A stretch of 63,822 nucleotides of DNA, the filler included. It is 3 parts of 3 records of this genome, joined end to end, with 100 filler letters (N's around TTAATTAATTAA, not from the genome) between each part and the next. Parts side by side here need not be neighbours in the genome. Positions count along the whole stretch, not along the records: positions 1 to 25,864 come from SRR20825019_1919; 2 more parts are not named here. The stretch is one strand, 5' to 3'. How positions within the stretch are numbered: the stretch's first letter is position 1; each line of letters begins with the position of its first letter. Shown one piece after another: positions 17,089-25,964 of this stretch. The notes below the pieces were generated by a model. It was not told the DNA's origin and made no database searches. It worked only from the letters and a program-made list of their open reading frames with translations. Position numbers and translations under genes: made by a program.

Positions 17089-19755
17089 ATGAAACAAACT
17101 AATTGGATTTTATCCATAACTCTACTCTGTTTTTTTTGTAGCAATGTTGCAATTGCTCAAAATTACACAACGGCAATCAATAAACAATTAAATGACCTAG
17201 CTGCCCAAGATAAATTGGCCCCCCAAGATGCTAATTGGATTTTAAGCTCACATCACACCAGTTCTATTAGTGGAGTGGAGCATGTATATTATAGTCAAAA
17301 ATTCAACGGACTTGAAGTATACGGTACCGCATCTGGTGTACATTATCTTCCTAATGGGCAAGTAATCTCTAAAAACAATAGTTTTATAAAAAATGTAGCA
17401 CAGAAAGTTTCTGGTTCTTCTTCTCCAGGATTAACTCCTGAAGAAGCAATTCGTTCCGCAGCAACTCAGCTAGGATATAAAATTGTAAAACCCATAAGCG
17501 TGTTAGAGAGTAAAAAAGGAAACGGTAAAGAGTTTCTTTTAAGCGATGGTGGAATATCATCATTACCTATTCCTGCAAAATTATTGTATATTATTACTAA
17601 AAATGATCGTGTAGCATTAGCTTGGGATGTTTCAATAAAAAATATTGAACCAGGAAGTGGCGAATGGTGGAGTTTAAAAGTAGATGCTACTACAGGAAGT
17701 ATTATCGATAAAGTTAATTGGATGCTAAGCTGTAGCCCTGGTCATGACCATGATCATGACCATGATTCAAAAACGCTAAATTTCAATGACAATTTATACG
17801 ATATTCCAAATTATAAGGAGACTCTAGCTACTAAACCAGCTGCATGTACAACTTGTTACGAGGTGTTTGAAATGCCTAAGGAAAGCCCATATTATGGCGA
17901 TAGAACAATCGTAAATTCTCCAGCAAACCCCATAGCATCTCCTTATGGTTGGCATGATACCAATGGTGTCGCTGGTGCAGAATATACAGTTACCAGAGGT
18001 AACAATGTAAATGCTTTTGATAATGTTACAGACTTTCAACCAGATGGTGGCGCTGATTTAGATTTTTCAGGCTTTCCATTTTCACAAACTTATACGAATA
18101 CCAATCAATATGAGTCTGCCTCAATTACTAATTTGTTTTACTTGAACAACATTTATCATGATATCATGCATTTTTACGGTTTTGATGCTCCAGCTGGGAA
18201 TTTCCAAGAAAACAATTATGGAAATGGTGGTGCTGGAAGCGATTCTGTGAATGCACAGGCACAAATGGGTATAGTGTGTAATGCTTTTTTTGGAACACCT
18301 GCAGATGGTGGAAACCCTGTAATGGAAATGTATGTATGTGATGATAAAGACGGTGATTTTGAAGCAACTGTTGTATTTCATGAATACTCACATGGTACTT
18401 CAAAGAGGTTAACAGGAGGTGCGTCTAATATAAATGTCTTGTTTAATAATGAACAAATGGGCGAAGGCTGGAGTGATTTTTATGGAATAGTATTTACTAT
18501 TAGGTCTAGTGATACTGGAGAGACACCACGTGCTATTGGAAATTACCTTAAAGGACAGGGAATCGATGGTATAGGAATAAGAACTTTTCGTTATTCTACA
18601 GATATGACCGCTAATCCTCAAACATATAATTCTATTAAAGGTACGGTAGGAGCTCATGCCCTTGGTGAAGTATGGGCTGGAATGCTTTGGGAGCTTACTT
18701 GGGGTTTAATAGACGAACACGGGTTCAATGATAACCCTTATGAATTTACAGGCGATATAGCACAAGACAAAGGAAACACAATGGCTGTTGCAATTGTAAC
18801 TGAATCATTAAAATTACAACCAGGTAGCCCAGGATTTGTAGATGGAAGAGATGCTATACTTGCAGCAGATCAAGCAATTTATGGTGGTGCAAACGCATGT
18901 ATTATTTGGAAAGCTTTTGCAAAAAGAGGTGTAGGTTATAGTGCTAACCAAGGTTCTTCAAATAACAGAAACGATGGAACTGAAGCCTTTGATTTGCCTG
19001 CTCCAGAAACCACAGACCTAACTGATATTTGTGTTGGAAGCGAAGTAACAGTTACAGCAACCCCAATAAGCGCATCTAGCACCATAAACTGGTATGATGC
19101 AGAAACGGGAGGAACTTTATTGTTCACTGGTGCTTCATATACTTTTACCCCAACAGTAAATACAGATCTTTATGCTGAAGAAGTACCTGCAACTGGCGCT
19201 GGCTGTTTTACAAGAGCACACACACAGGTTCTTGTAGATGCTATTAATCCAGAAATTGTATGTCCTGCAAATAGTGTTGTTGAAGTAAATCAAGGGGAGC
19301 AATATACATTGCCAGATTATACTACAGCTGCAACAGCAACAGATAACTGTACTACTTCTCCTGTAATTACTCAAAGCCCAGTAGCGGGCACAATGGTGAA
19401 TGTTGGTAACACAACCATTACCTTGTCTACTGAGGATGAAGCAGGCAACGAAGCAAGCTGTACTTTTATAGTTACAGTAGATGAAAGGTTAAGTGTTGCT
19501 GATAATGATTTCTATAACAGCATAACACTTTTTCCAAATCCAACAACTGGAGAAATTACATTGGCTAATAAATCAGCTTTTCAATTGAAAAATGCTATTA
19601 TAACAGATATAAATGGTAGAACCATTAAAACGATAAACCTTGACAATGCTGGAGTTGAAACAAACTTCTCTTTAAATAATCTTGCGGCAGGAATGTATTT
19701 TATTAAAATAAATTCTGAAAACACAAGTGTAGTAAAACGTATAGTTAAACTATAA
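17089..19755 (+). CDS. M36 (fungalysin) metallopeptidase with propeptide, Ig-like/HYR domains and T9SS type A sorting domain
   Basis: SPYGWHD, AGNFQ, HEYSH zinc motif, MGEGWSD, HALGEVW; HYR-like ATDNC..ITQSP; CTD LFPNPT...GMYFIKI...KRIVKL. Confidence 0.92.
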   Translation: MKQTNWILSITLLCFFCSNVAIAQNYTTAINKQLNDLAAQDKLAPQDANWILSSHHTSSISGVEHVYYSQKFNGLEVYGTASGVHYLPNGQVISKNNSFIKNVAQKVSGSSSPGLTPEEAIRSAATQLGYKIVKPISVLESKKGNGKEFLLSDGGISSLPIPAKLLYIITKNDRVALAWDVSIKNIEPGSGEWWSLKVDATTGSIIDKVNWMLSCSPGHDHDHDHDSKTLNFNDNLYDIPNYKETLATKPAACTTCYEVFEMPKESPYYGDRTIVNSPANPIASPYGWHDTNGVAGAEYTVTRGNNVNAFDNVTDFQPDGGADLDFSGFPFSQTYTNTNQYESASITNLFYLNNIYHDIMHFYGFDAPAGNFQENNYGNGGAGSDSVNAQAQMGIVCNAFFGTPADGGNPVMEMYVCDDKDGDFEATVVFHEYSHGTSKRLTGGASNINVLFNNEQMGEGWSDFYGIVFTIRSSDTGETPRAIGNYLKGQGIDGIGIRTFRYSTDMTANPQTYNSIKGTVGAHALGEVWAGMLWELTWGLIDEHGFNDNPYEFTGDIAQDKGNTMAVAIVTESLKLQPGSPGFVDGRDAILAADQAIYGGANACIIWKAFAKRGVGYSANQGSSNNRNDGTEAFDLPAPETTDLTDICVGSEVTVTATPISASSTINWYDAETGGTLLFTGASYTFTPTVNTDLYAEEVPATGAGCFTRAHTQVLVDAINPEIVCPANSVVEVNQGEQYTLPDYTTAATATDNCTTSPVITQSPVAGTMVNVGNTTITLSTEDEAGNEASCTFIVTVDERLSVADNDFYNSITLFPNPTTGEITLANKSAFQLKNAIITDINGRTIKTINLDNAGVETNFSLNNLAAGMYFIKINSENTSVVKRIVKL

Positions 19756-19770
19756 ACTACCTATTTTTTG

Positions 19771-19807
19771 AAAAACCCGTATCAAAATATTTGATGCGGG
19801 TTTTTTT
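19771..19807 (+). terminator. Intrinsic terminator after the M36 gene
   Basis: AAAAACCCGTATCAAA-ATA-TTTGATGCGGGTTTTTTT. Confidence 0.85.
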
Positions 19808-19835
19808 ATACTCTCCTTTTCAATAACTTTGAACG

Positions 19836-20378
19836 ATGAAAAAAATTTTATTCTTTGCGGGAAGCAATAGCAGTACATCTATAAACCATAAACTTGTAAG
19901 CTTTGCCGCGCTCCAACTTGTTGGTTATAATGTTCAAATCATTAAACTGACAGATTACGATTTACCTATTTTTAGCGAAGATATTGAGCGCGAAAAAGGT
20001 TTTTCCGTAGATTTAAAAATGCTTTATAATAAAATTAAAGAAACCGATGCTCTTGTTATTTCTGTAAACGAACATAATGGCATGGTTTCCGCTTTTTTTA
20101 AGAATACATTGGATTGGCTTTCACGTTTAGATCGCAACTTTTTAGAAGGAAAAAAAATATTGCTGATGAGTACTTCTCCAGGAAAACGAGGTGCCGCTTC
20201 TGCTTTAGAATATACAAAAAACACCCTTCCTCGATATGGAGGTAATGTAGTGGAAAGCTTCAGTATTCCTTCTTTTTATGAAAATTTTTCAGAAGAAACC
20301 CAATCAATAACTGATGAAGTTTTATTAATTGGTTTTACCGATGTACTTCAAAATTTTGCACATCAAATAGAACAATAA
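19836..20378 (+). CDS. NADPH-dependent FMN reductase
   Basis: FAGSNS..SIN, NEHNG...FKNTLDWLSR, STSPGKRG. Confidence 0.9.
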   Translation: MKKILFFAGSNSSTSINHKLVSFAALQLVGYNVQIIKLTDYDLPIFSEDIEREKGFSVDLKMLYNKIKETDALVISVNEHNGMVSAFFKNTLDWLSRLDRNFLEGKKILLMSTSPGKRGAASALEYTKNTLPRYGGNVVESFSIPSFYENFSEETQSITDEVLLIGFTDVLQNFAHQIEQ

Positions 20379-21679
20379 TGCGCACGGTAAAGAAATATCC
20401 TTTTTCTTTAACCGAAGATTCTAAAAAACGTTTCCTTCATTGGGCACAGCAGTTTGATGAGGTTGTGTGGCTGGATGGTAACAACTACCCGCAGGCACAT
20501 CAAACTTATCAGGCAATTCTTGCTGTAGATGCTTTTACAGCTTTTAAAACCGACGCTCACAATGCTTTCAATAAATTAGAAGAATATCAAAAAACAACTG
20601 CAGATTGGCTTTTTGGATATCTTTCCTACGATCTTAAAAATGATGTAGAAAAGCTTCAGTCCAATAATTTTGATGGATTAAATTTTCCAGATCTGTATTT
20701 TTTCCAACCTAAAAGATTGTTTCTTTTTTCTGAAACACATATCGAAATTCATTATTTAAATTTCGTTGCAGATGAACTTGAAGAAGATTGGAAATTAATT
20801 TCAGAACTTATTTATCAATCTCATACAAATGAAGGTGCCAACAATGTGAAAATTCATATTCGAACTTCAAAAGACAGCTATATTCAAAAAGTAAACGAAA
20901 CGCTTGAACATATAAAGCGTGGTGATATTTACGAAGCAAATATTTGTCAGGAATTTTATTCGGAAACGCACTCTATCAATCCTTTGGATGCTTTTTTTCA
21001 TCTTAATGAAATTTCAAAACCACCTTTTTCTGTTTTTTTGAAGTTGGATAAACGCTTTGCACTCTCTGCCTCTCCAGAACGATATCTAAAAAAAACAGGG
21101 AATACGGTTATTTCTCAACCCATAAAAGGTACCGCCAAACGTCTTGAAAATAAAGAAGAAGATTTAAAAATGGCGCAGCAGTTGGCCGCAGATCCTAAAG
21201 AGCGTAGCGAGAATATTATGATAACAGATTTGGTGCGAAACGATCTTTCTCGAATTGCCGAAAAAGGAACTGTAAAAGTTGAAGAACTTTGCGGTATTTA
21301 TTCTTTTGCGCAAGTACATCAAATGATTTCTACCATTTCATGCACTGTTCCTAAAGATATTTCTAGCGTAGCTATTATAAAAAATACATTCCCAATGGGA
21401 AGTATGACTGGTGCTCCAAAAATTTCTGCAATGCAAATTATTGAGAAAATAGAAGATGCGAAGCGCGGATTATATAGTGGCGCAATTGGCTATTTTTCAC
21501 CTTCTGGCGATTTCGATTTTAATGTAGTTATTCGTAGTATTCTGTATAATGCAACTAATAATTATATTAGTTTTTCCGTGGGAAGTGCCATTACCATTAA
21601 TTCTATTCCCGAAAAAGAATATGAAGAATGTTTGCTTAAAGCAAAAGCAATGCGAGAAGTATTAAATTCAATTTATTAG
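20378..21679 (+). CDS. pabB: Aminodeoxychorismate synthase component I (anthranilate synthase component I family)
   Basis: SASPERY, PIKGT, KERSENIMITDLVRNDL, FPMGSMTGAPK, RGLYSGAIG. Confidence 0.85.
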   Translation: MRTVKKYPFSLTEDSKKRFLHWAQQFDEVVWLDGNNYPQAHQTYQAILAVDAFTAFKTDAHNAFNKLEEYQKTTADWLFGYLSYDLKNDVEKLQSNNFDGLNFPDLYFFQPKRLFLFSETHIEIHYLNFVADELEEDWKLISELIYQSHTNEGANNVKIHIRTSKDSYIQKVNETLEHIKRGDIYEANICQEFYSETHSINPLDAFFHLNEISKPPFSVFLKLDKRFALSASPERYLKKTGNTVISQPIKGTAKRLENKEEDLKMAQQLAADPKERSENIMITDLVRNDLSRIAEKGTVKVEELCGIYSFAQVHQMISTISCTVPKDISSVAIIKNTFPMGSMTGAPKISAMQIIEKIEDAKRGLYSGAIGYFSPSGDFDFNVVIRSILYNATNNYISFSVGSAITINSIPEKEYEECLLKAKAMREVLNSIY

Positions 21680-21751
21680 TTTTTAAGCTTATAAAAATCA
21701 TTTATTAGTGTTTAAGCTAATATTTTATATTTATTAGTGTTTAAACTGATA
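21671..21751. promoter_or_regulatory. Three 29-bp-periodic palindromic repeats upstream of the satD-like gene
   Basis: ATTTATTAGTTTTTAAGCTTATA (21671), ATTTATTAGTGTTTAAGCTAATA (21700), ATTTATTAGTGTTTAAACTGATA (21729); core TATTAG-N8-CTnATA; -7 boxes at 21758 and 21768. Confidence 0.8.
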
Positions 21752-21782
21752 AATGTGTATATTTGAATAAATTTGAAGTAAA

Positions 21783-22469
21783 ATGAATTATTCAGTTATA
21801 TCTGGCGATATTGTTTCTTCTACAAGTCTTACTAATGAAGACCGAAAGTTTGTTGAGGAAAAACTAAAAAGTTTACTTAGCGACTTACAGCGTGAATTTA
21901 ATGTGTATGGTCGTGTAATAAAAGGAGATTATTTGGAGTGTGTCGTACCAAATCCTTCCGAAGGACTACAAGTGGCATTGGCAATAAAAAGCTTTGTAAA
22001 AGCAATTCCTATAGAAGTACAAGCTTACAAAACGGCAGATAGTAGGATTAAACTGTTTAAAACCCACGGAATAAGGCTCGCTATTGGCTATGGCGAACTT
22101 ACACGTTATATACCTGATGAAGGTATAATTGATGGGGAAGCAATTTATTTTTCAGGGCGTGAAATTAGTGGTGAAACTACCTACAATAAAGAGCGTATAG
22201 TAATAAAAAACACCTTGTTTTTTGCTTCAAAAAAGGAAGAATTAAATAAAAATTTTCAACCTTTACTGGCATTGTTAGATGTTTTAATGAGTAAGGCAAC
22301 TTCAAGGCAATGTGAAGTTTTATACCTAAAATTATTAAATAACCAAGAAGAAGGAATAGCGAAACAACTAGGTATTGGTCAATCAGCGGTGAATCAACAT
22401 TCCACTAGCGTAGGCTGGAATGCCATTGAAGAGGCTGTAAACTATTTTAAATTTATAATTTCAAATTAG
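21783..22469 (+). CDS. SatD-like protein (nucleotide-cyclase-like palm domain + C-terminal HTH)
   Basis: VISGDIVSS, IKGDYLE, RLAIGYG, DGEAIYFSG; HTH IAKQLGIGQSAVNQH...W. Confidence 0.75.
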   Translation: MNYSVISGDIVSSTSLTNEDRKFVEEKLKSLLSDLQREFNVYGRVIKGDYLECVVPNPSEGLQVALAIKSFVKAIPIEVQAYKTADSRIKLFKTHGIRLAIGYGELTRYIPDEGIIDGEAIYFSGREISGETTYNKERIVIKNTLFFASKKEELNKNFQPLLALLDVLMSKATSRQCEVLYLKLLNNQEEGIAKQLGIGQSAVNQHSTSVGWNAIEEAVNYFKFIISN

Positions 22470-22473
22470 CGTT

Positions 22474-23178
22474 ATGGGAATAAATGAATTTTTGCTGCTC
22501 CAGTTTATTGCTCACCTCTGTTTAGATTACTTTTTTCAAACCGATAAATTGGCAAAACAGAAAAACACAATTGGGTTTAAAAGTCCTTTTTTGTATTGGC
22601 ATGCATTGATTTGTTTTTTGTTATCGTGGCTGTTTTCCTTACAGTTAAACTTTTTTATAGGCGCATTAATCATAGCGATTACACATTTTCTTTTAGATGG
22701 ATTTAAACAACACCTTAATAACAGTAAATGTTTTGGTCGTTATGCTTTTTTCATAGATCAAGCCATACATTTAGGAATTATGACGCTGGTAGTTTTTCTT
22801 TTTAATAAATGGCAAGGTATTGATCCTTCGGTGGCTAGTAACATTAATTTCAAATACGTATTGATTATTACAGGCTATTTAATTTGTTTAAAACCTGCAA
22901 ATATTTTTATAAAAGAAGTATTTAAAGCTACAGAGATACAAGTTAGTAGCGATAACGAAATGCCAAACGCCGGAAAGGTAATTGGTGTTTTAGAACGCAT
23001 TTTAACCCTTACTTTTATAATTGTATTCCAATATGCTGCGGTTGGTTTTTTGATTGCAGCAAAATCAATTCTTCGGTATAGGAATGATGAAACTTTAAAA
23101 ACCGAATATGTTTTGATTGGCACCATGCTCAGCTTCGGAATTGCCGTAATTGCAGGGATTTTAATTAACCTTTCATAA
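22474..23178 (+). CDS. DUF3307 family membrane protein
   Basis: AHLCLDYFFQ, WH, HFLLD, DQAIH; NAGKVIGVLER, AAKSILRY, EYVLIGTMLS. Confidence 0.88.
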   Translation: MGINEFLLLQFIAHLCLDYFFQTDKLAKQKNTIGFKSPFLYWHALICFLLSWLFSLQLNFFIGALIIAITHFLLDGFKQHLNNSKCFGRYAFFIDQAIHLGIMTLVVFLFNKWQGIDPSVASNINFKYVLIITGYLICLKPANIFIKEVFKATEIQVSSDNEMPNAGKVIGVLERILTLTFIIVFQYAAVGFLIAAKSILRYRNDETLKTEYVLIGTMLSFGIAVIAGILINLS

Positions 23179-23193
23179 AAAAGTATTACTAAA

Positions 23194-24501
23194 TTGATTT
23201 CCTCATTTAAAAAAAATATTGAAAATAATTTTCCTTTCCTCATCGGAAAAAAACTGCTTGTAGCTTGTAGCGGAGGTGTTGATAGTGTTGTTTTGGCACA
23301 TTTATTAAAAAAATCTGGTTTTGAAATTGCACTTGCACATTGCAATTTTTCACTTCGAGCGAAAGAAAGCGATGGCGATGAAATGTTTGTAATTGGATTG
23401 GCAAAAAAAATGGAAATTCCAGTTTTTGCAGAAACATTCAATACAACTAAATTTTCTGAAGATCATAAAATTTCTACCCAGATGTCAGCTCGAACGCTTC
23501 GGTATAGTTGGTTTGATGAAGTTTTAAAAAACTTTGAGTATGATTATTTACTAACTGGCCATCATCTGGATGACGATTTGGAAACTTTTTTTATAAACCT
23601 TTCGCGTGGAACAGGTTTAAATGGTTTAACCGGAATTCCGAAGGAAAATGACAAAGTAATTCGGCCTATTTTAAATTTTTCAAGAGATCAGATTTTAATT
23701 TACGCTATTAAAAACAACTTAAAATGGCGTGAAGATAGCAGCAATAAAAAAACAGATTATCTTCGAAATAAATTGCGTTTGGAAGTGCTTCCTAAATTCA
23801 AAGAAACTAATGATTCACTGCTAAAAAACTTTCAAAAAACACAGAATAACTTGCAAGCTTCTCAAAATCTTATTGAAGATTATATGGCTTTGGTTTACAA
23901 TCTTGTGGTTGTTGAAGAAGCAGATTTTTATAAAATTAATATTCCAAAACTTAAAGAGCTTCCACATACCGATGCCTTGCTTTATGAGCTTTTAAATGGT
24001 TTTGGCTTTACTGAATGGGATGATATTTCAAATTTGCTTGATGCACAAACGGGAAAACAGGTTTTTTCAAAAACGCATCAACTTCTAAAAAATCGGGATC
24101 AATTATTACTTTCAGAAATAGATACAACAGATTTTAATGAAGAAATATTTGTTTCCGAAGCAGGAATTTCAGCTCCAATTTCTTTAAAAATAGAACCTTC
24201 AGAATTTATTGGTGAAACAGAAAAAAATCTAATTTATGTTGCTTCAGAAAAATTAATTTTTCCCTTAAAACTTAGAAAATGGAAAGAAGGTGATAGCTTT
24301 CAGCCATATGGAATGAAGGGTAAAAAAAAAATAAGCAAGTTTTTTAAAGATGAAAAAATTCCTTTAACTGAGAAAAATAAAATCTGGTTACTTTTAAGTA
24401 ATGAAAAAATAGTTTGGATACTTGGCTATCGAATGGACGATCGCTTTAAAGTAACAGACACCACAAAAAATATTTTGAAAATAACAAGCTTTAAGAAATA
24501 G
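23194..24501 (+). CDS. tilS: tRNA(Ile)-lysidine synthetase
   Basis: PP-loop ACSGGVDS, AHCNF, ARTLRY, HHLDD, WREDSSN, RNKLR; TilS C-terminal domain. Confidence 0.95.
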   Translation: MISSFKKNIENNFPFLIGKKLLVACSGGVDSVVLAHLLKKSGFEIALAHCNFSLRAKESDGDEMFVIGLAKKMEIPVFAETFNTTKFSEDHKISTQMSARTLRYSWFDEVLKNFEYDYLLTGHHLDDDLETFFINLSRGTGLNGLTGIPKENDKVIRPILNFSRDQILIYAIKNNLKWREDSSNKKTDYLRNKLRLEVLPKFKETNDSLLKNFQKTQNNLQASQNLIEDYMALVYNLVVVEEADFYKINIPKLKELPHTDALLYELLNGFGFTEWDDISNLLDAQTGKQVFSKTHQLLKNRDQLLLSEIDTTDFNEEIFVSEAGISAPISLKIEPSEFIGETEKNLIYVASEKLIFPLKLRKWKEGDSFQPYGMKGKKKISKFFKDEKIPLTEKNKIWLLLSNEKIVWILGYRMDDRFKVTDTTKNILKITSFKK

Positions 24502-24519
24502 CGATAAAAAAAATATAAT

Positions 24520-25864
24520 ATGAAAGCATTTAAAATAGCAGTGATTTTGTTGTTTGTTAGTCTCTTTTCATTTGCACAAAATGAAAATTATGTAAAAGAA
24601 AACTACAATAAAACTGAAACCACAATAACGATGCGGGATGGCATCAAACTTTTTACGGTAATCTACTCGCCAAAAGATACTTCAAAAGAATACCCAATTC
24701 TTTTACAACGAACACCCTATAGTTGCCAACCTTATGGCGAAGATGAATTTCGTTCAAAAATTGCTCCTAATGAATTTTTAATGAAAGAAGGGAACATCGT
24801 GGTATATCAAGATGTGCGTGGTCGCTGGATGAGTGAAGGGATTTATGATAATATGCGAGCTTATATTCCGAATAAAAAAGGCAAACAGATTGATGAAGCA
24901 AGTGATACCTATGACAGTATTGATTGGCTTGTAAAAAACATACCTAACAACAATGGAAATGTAGGGATTTGGGGTATTAGTTATCCAGGTTTTTATGCAA
25001 CATACTCGCTGTTAGATTCACATCCAGCTTTAAAAGCAGTTTCTCCACAAGCCAGTATTGGCGATTTCTTTTTTGATGATTTTCATCATAATGGTGCTTA
25101 TTTGCTTAGTTATTGGCGGGTAACACCTTTATTTGGTCATGAAAAAACACAACCAACAGCTAAGCCTTGGTTTAATTTTCCAGATTTAGGAACAGAAGAT
25201 CAGTATCAATTTTTCCTAGATGTAGGGCCTTTATCTAACCTCGATGCATATTATAAAGAAGACAATGTTTTTTGGCAACAACTAAAAGAACATCCTAATT
25301 ATGATGATTTCTGGAAATCACGCGGAATCGTTCAACATTTAAAAAATGTAAAACCTGCAGTGATGTTTGTTGGTGGTTTTTTTGATGCCGAAGATTTATA
25401 CGGGCCATTTAACAGTTATCAAGCTGTAGAAAAAAATAGTTCTAATTATAACACTATTGTTTTTGGACCTTGGAGCCACGGGGATTGGGCAAGAAATAGT
25501 GAGCGTCAGTCAATAGGTAATGTGTATTTTGGAGATAGTATTTCACATAAATATCAAAAAAATATAGAGACTACTTTTTTCAATAATTTTTTGAAAAATA
25601 AGTCACAAGATAAAGTGAAATTACCCGAGGCTTATATGTTTGATACTGGTTTAAACCAATGGGAACAATATGAACAATGGCCACCTAAAAACACAGAAAA
25701 GAAAAGCTATTTCCTACAAAATAACCAACGTTTAAGTACAAATGCTGAAAAAAGTTTCACTTTTGAAGAATTTGTTAGCGACCCTAAAAAACCAGTACCG
25801 TATTCAGAAGATATAAAAATGGTTTTCACCCCACGAAAATATATGACCGACGATCAGCGTTTTG
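24520..25864 (+). CDS. CocE/NonD family hydrolase (truncated at contig end)
   Basis: MRDGIKL, RTPY, QDVRGR..SEG, nucleophile GISYPG, GPWSHG. Confidence 0.9.
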
Positions 25865-25964
25865 NNNNNNNNNNNNNNNNNNNNNNNNNNNNNNNNNNNN
25901 NNNNNNNNTTAATTAATTAANNNNNNNNNNNNNNNNNNNNNNNNNNNNNNNNNNNNNNNNNNNN
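25865..25964. other. Artificial contig spacer
   Basis: N44-TTAATTAATTAA-N44 (stops in all six frames); base composition changes abruptly across it. Confidence 0.98.

Noticed and set aside
17740-17766. GHDHDHDHD repeat in the M36 protease
   Set aside because: Low-complexity His/Asp linker between propeptide and catalytic domain; not distinctive.
21671-21751. CRISPR array
   Set aside because: The units are separated by only 6 nt, there are no unique spacers and no cas genes; it fits operators better.
22875-23441. 188-aa antisense ORF, and similar shadow ORFs such as 40222-41097 and 49943-50698
   Set aside because: They lie antisense to well-supported genes and have no motifs.
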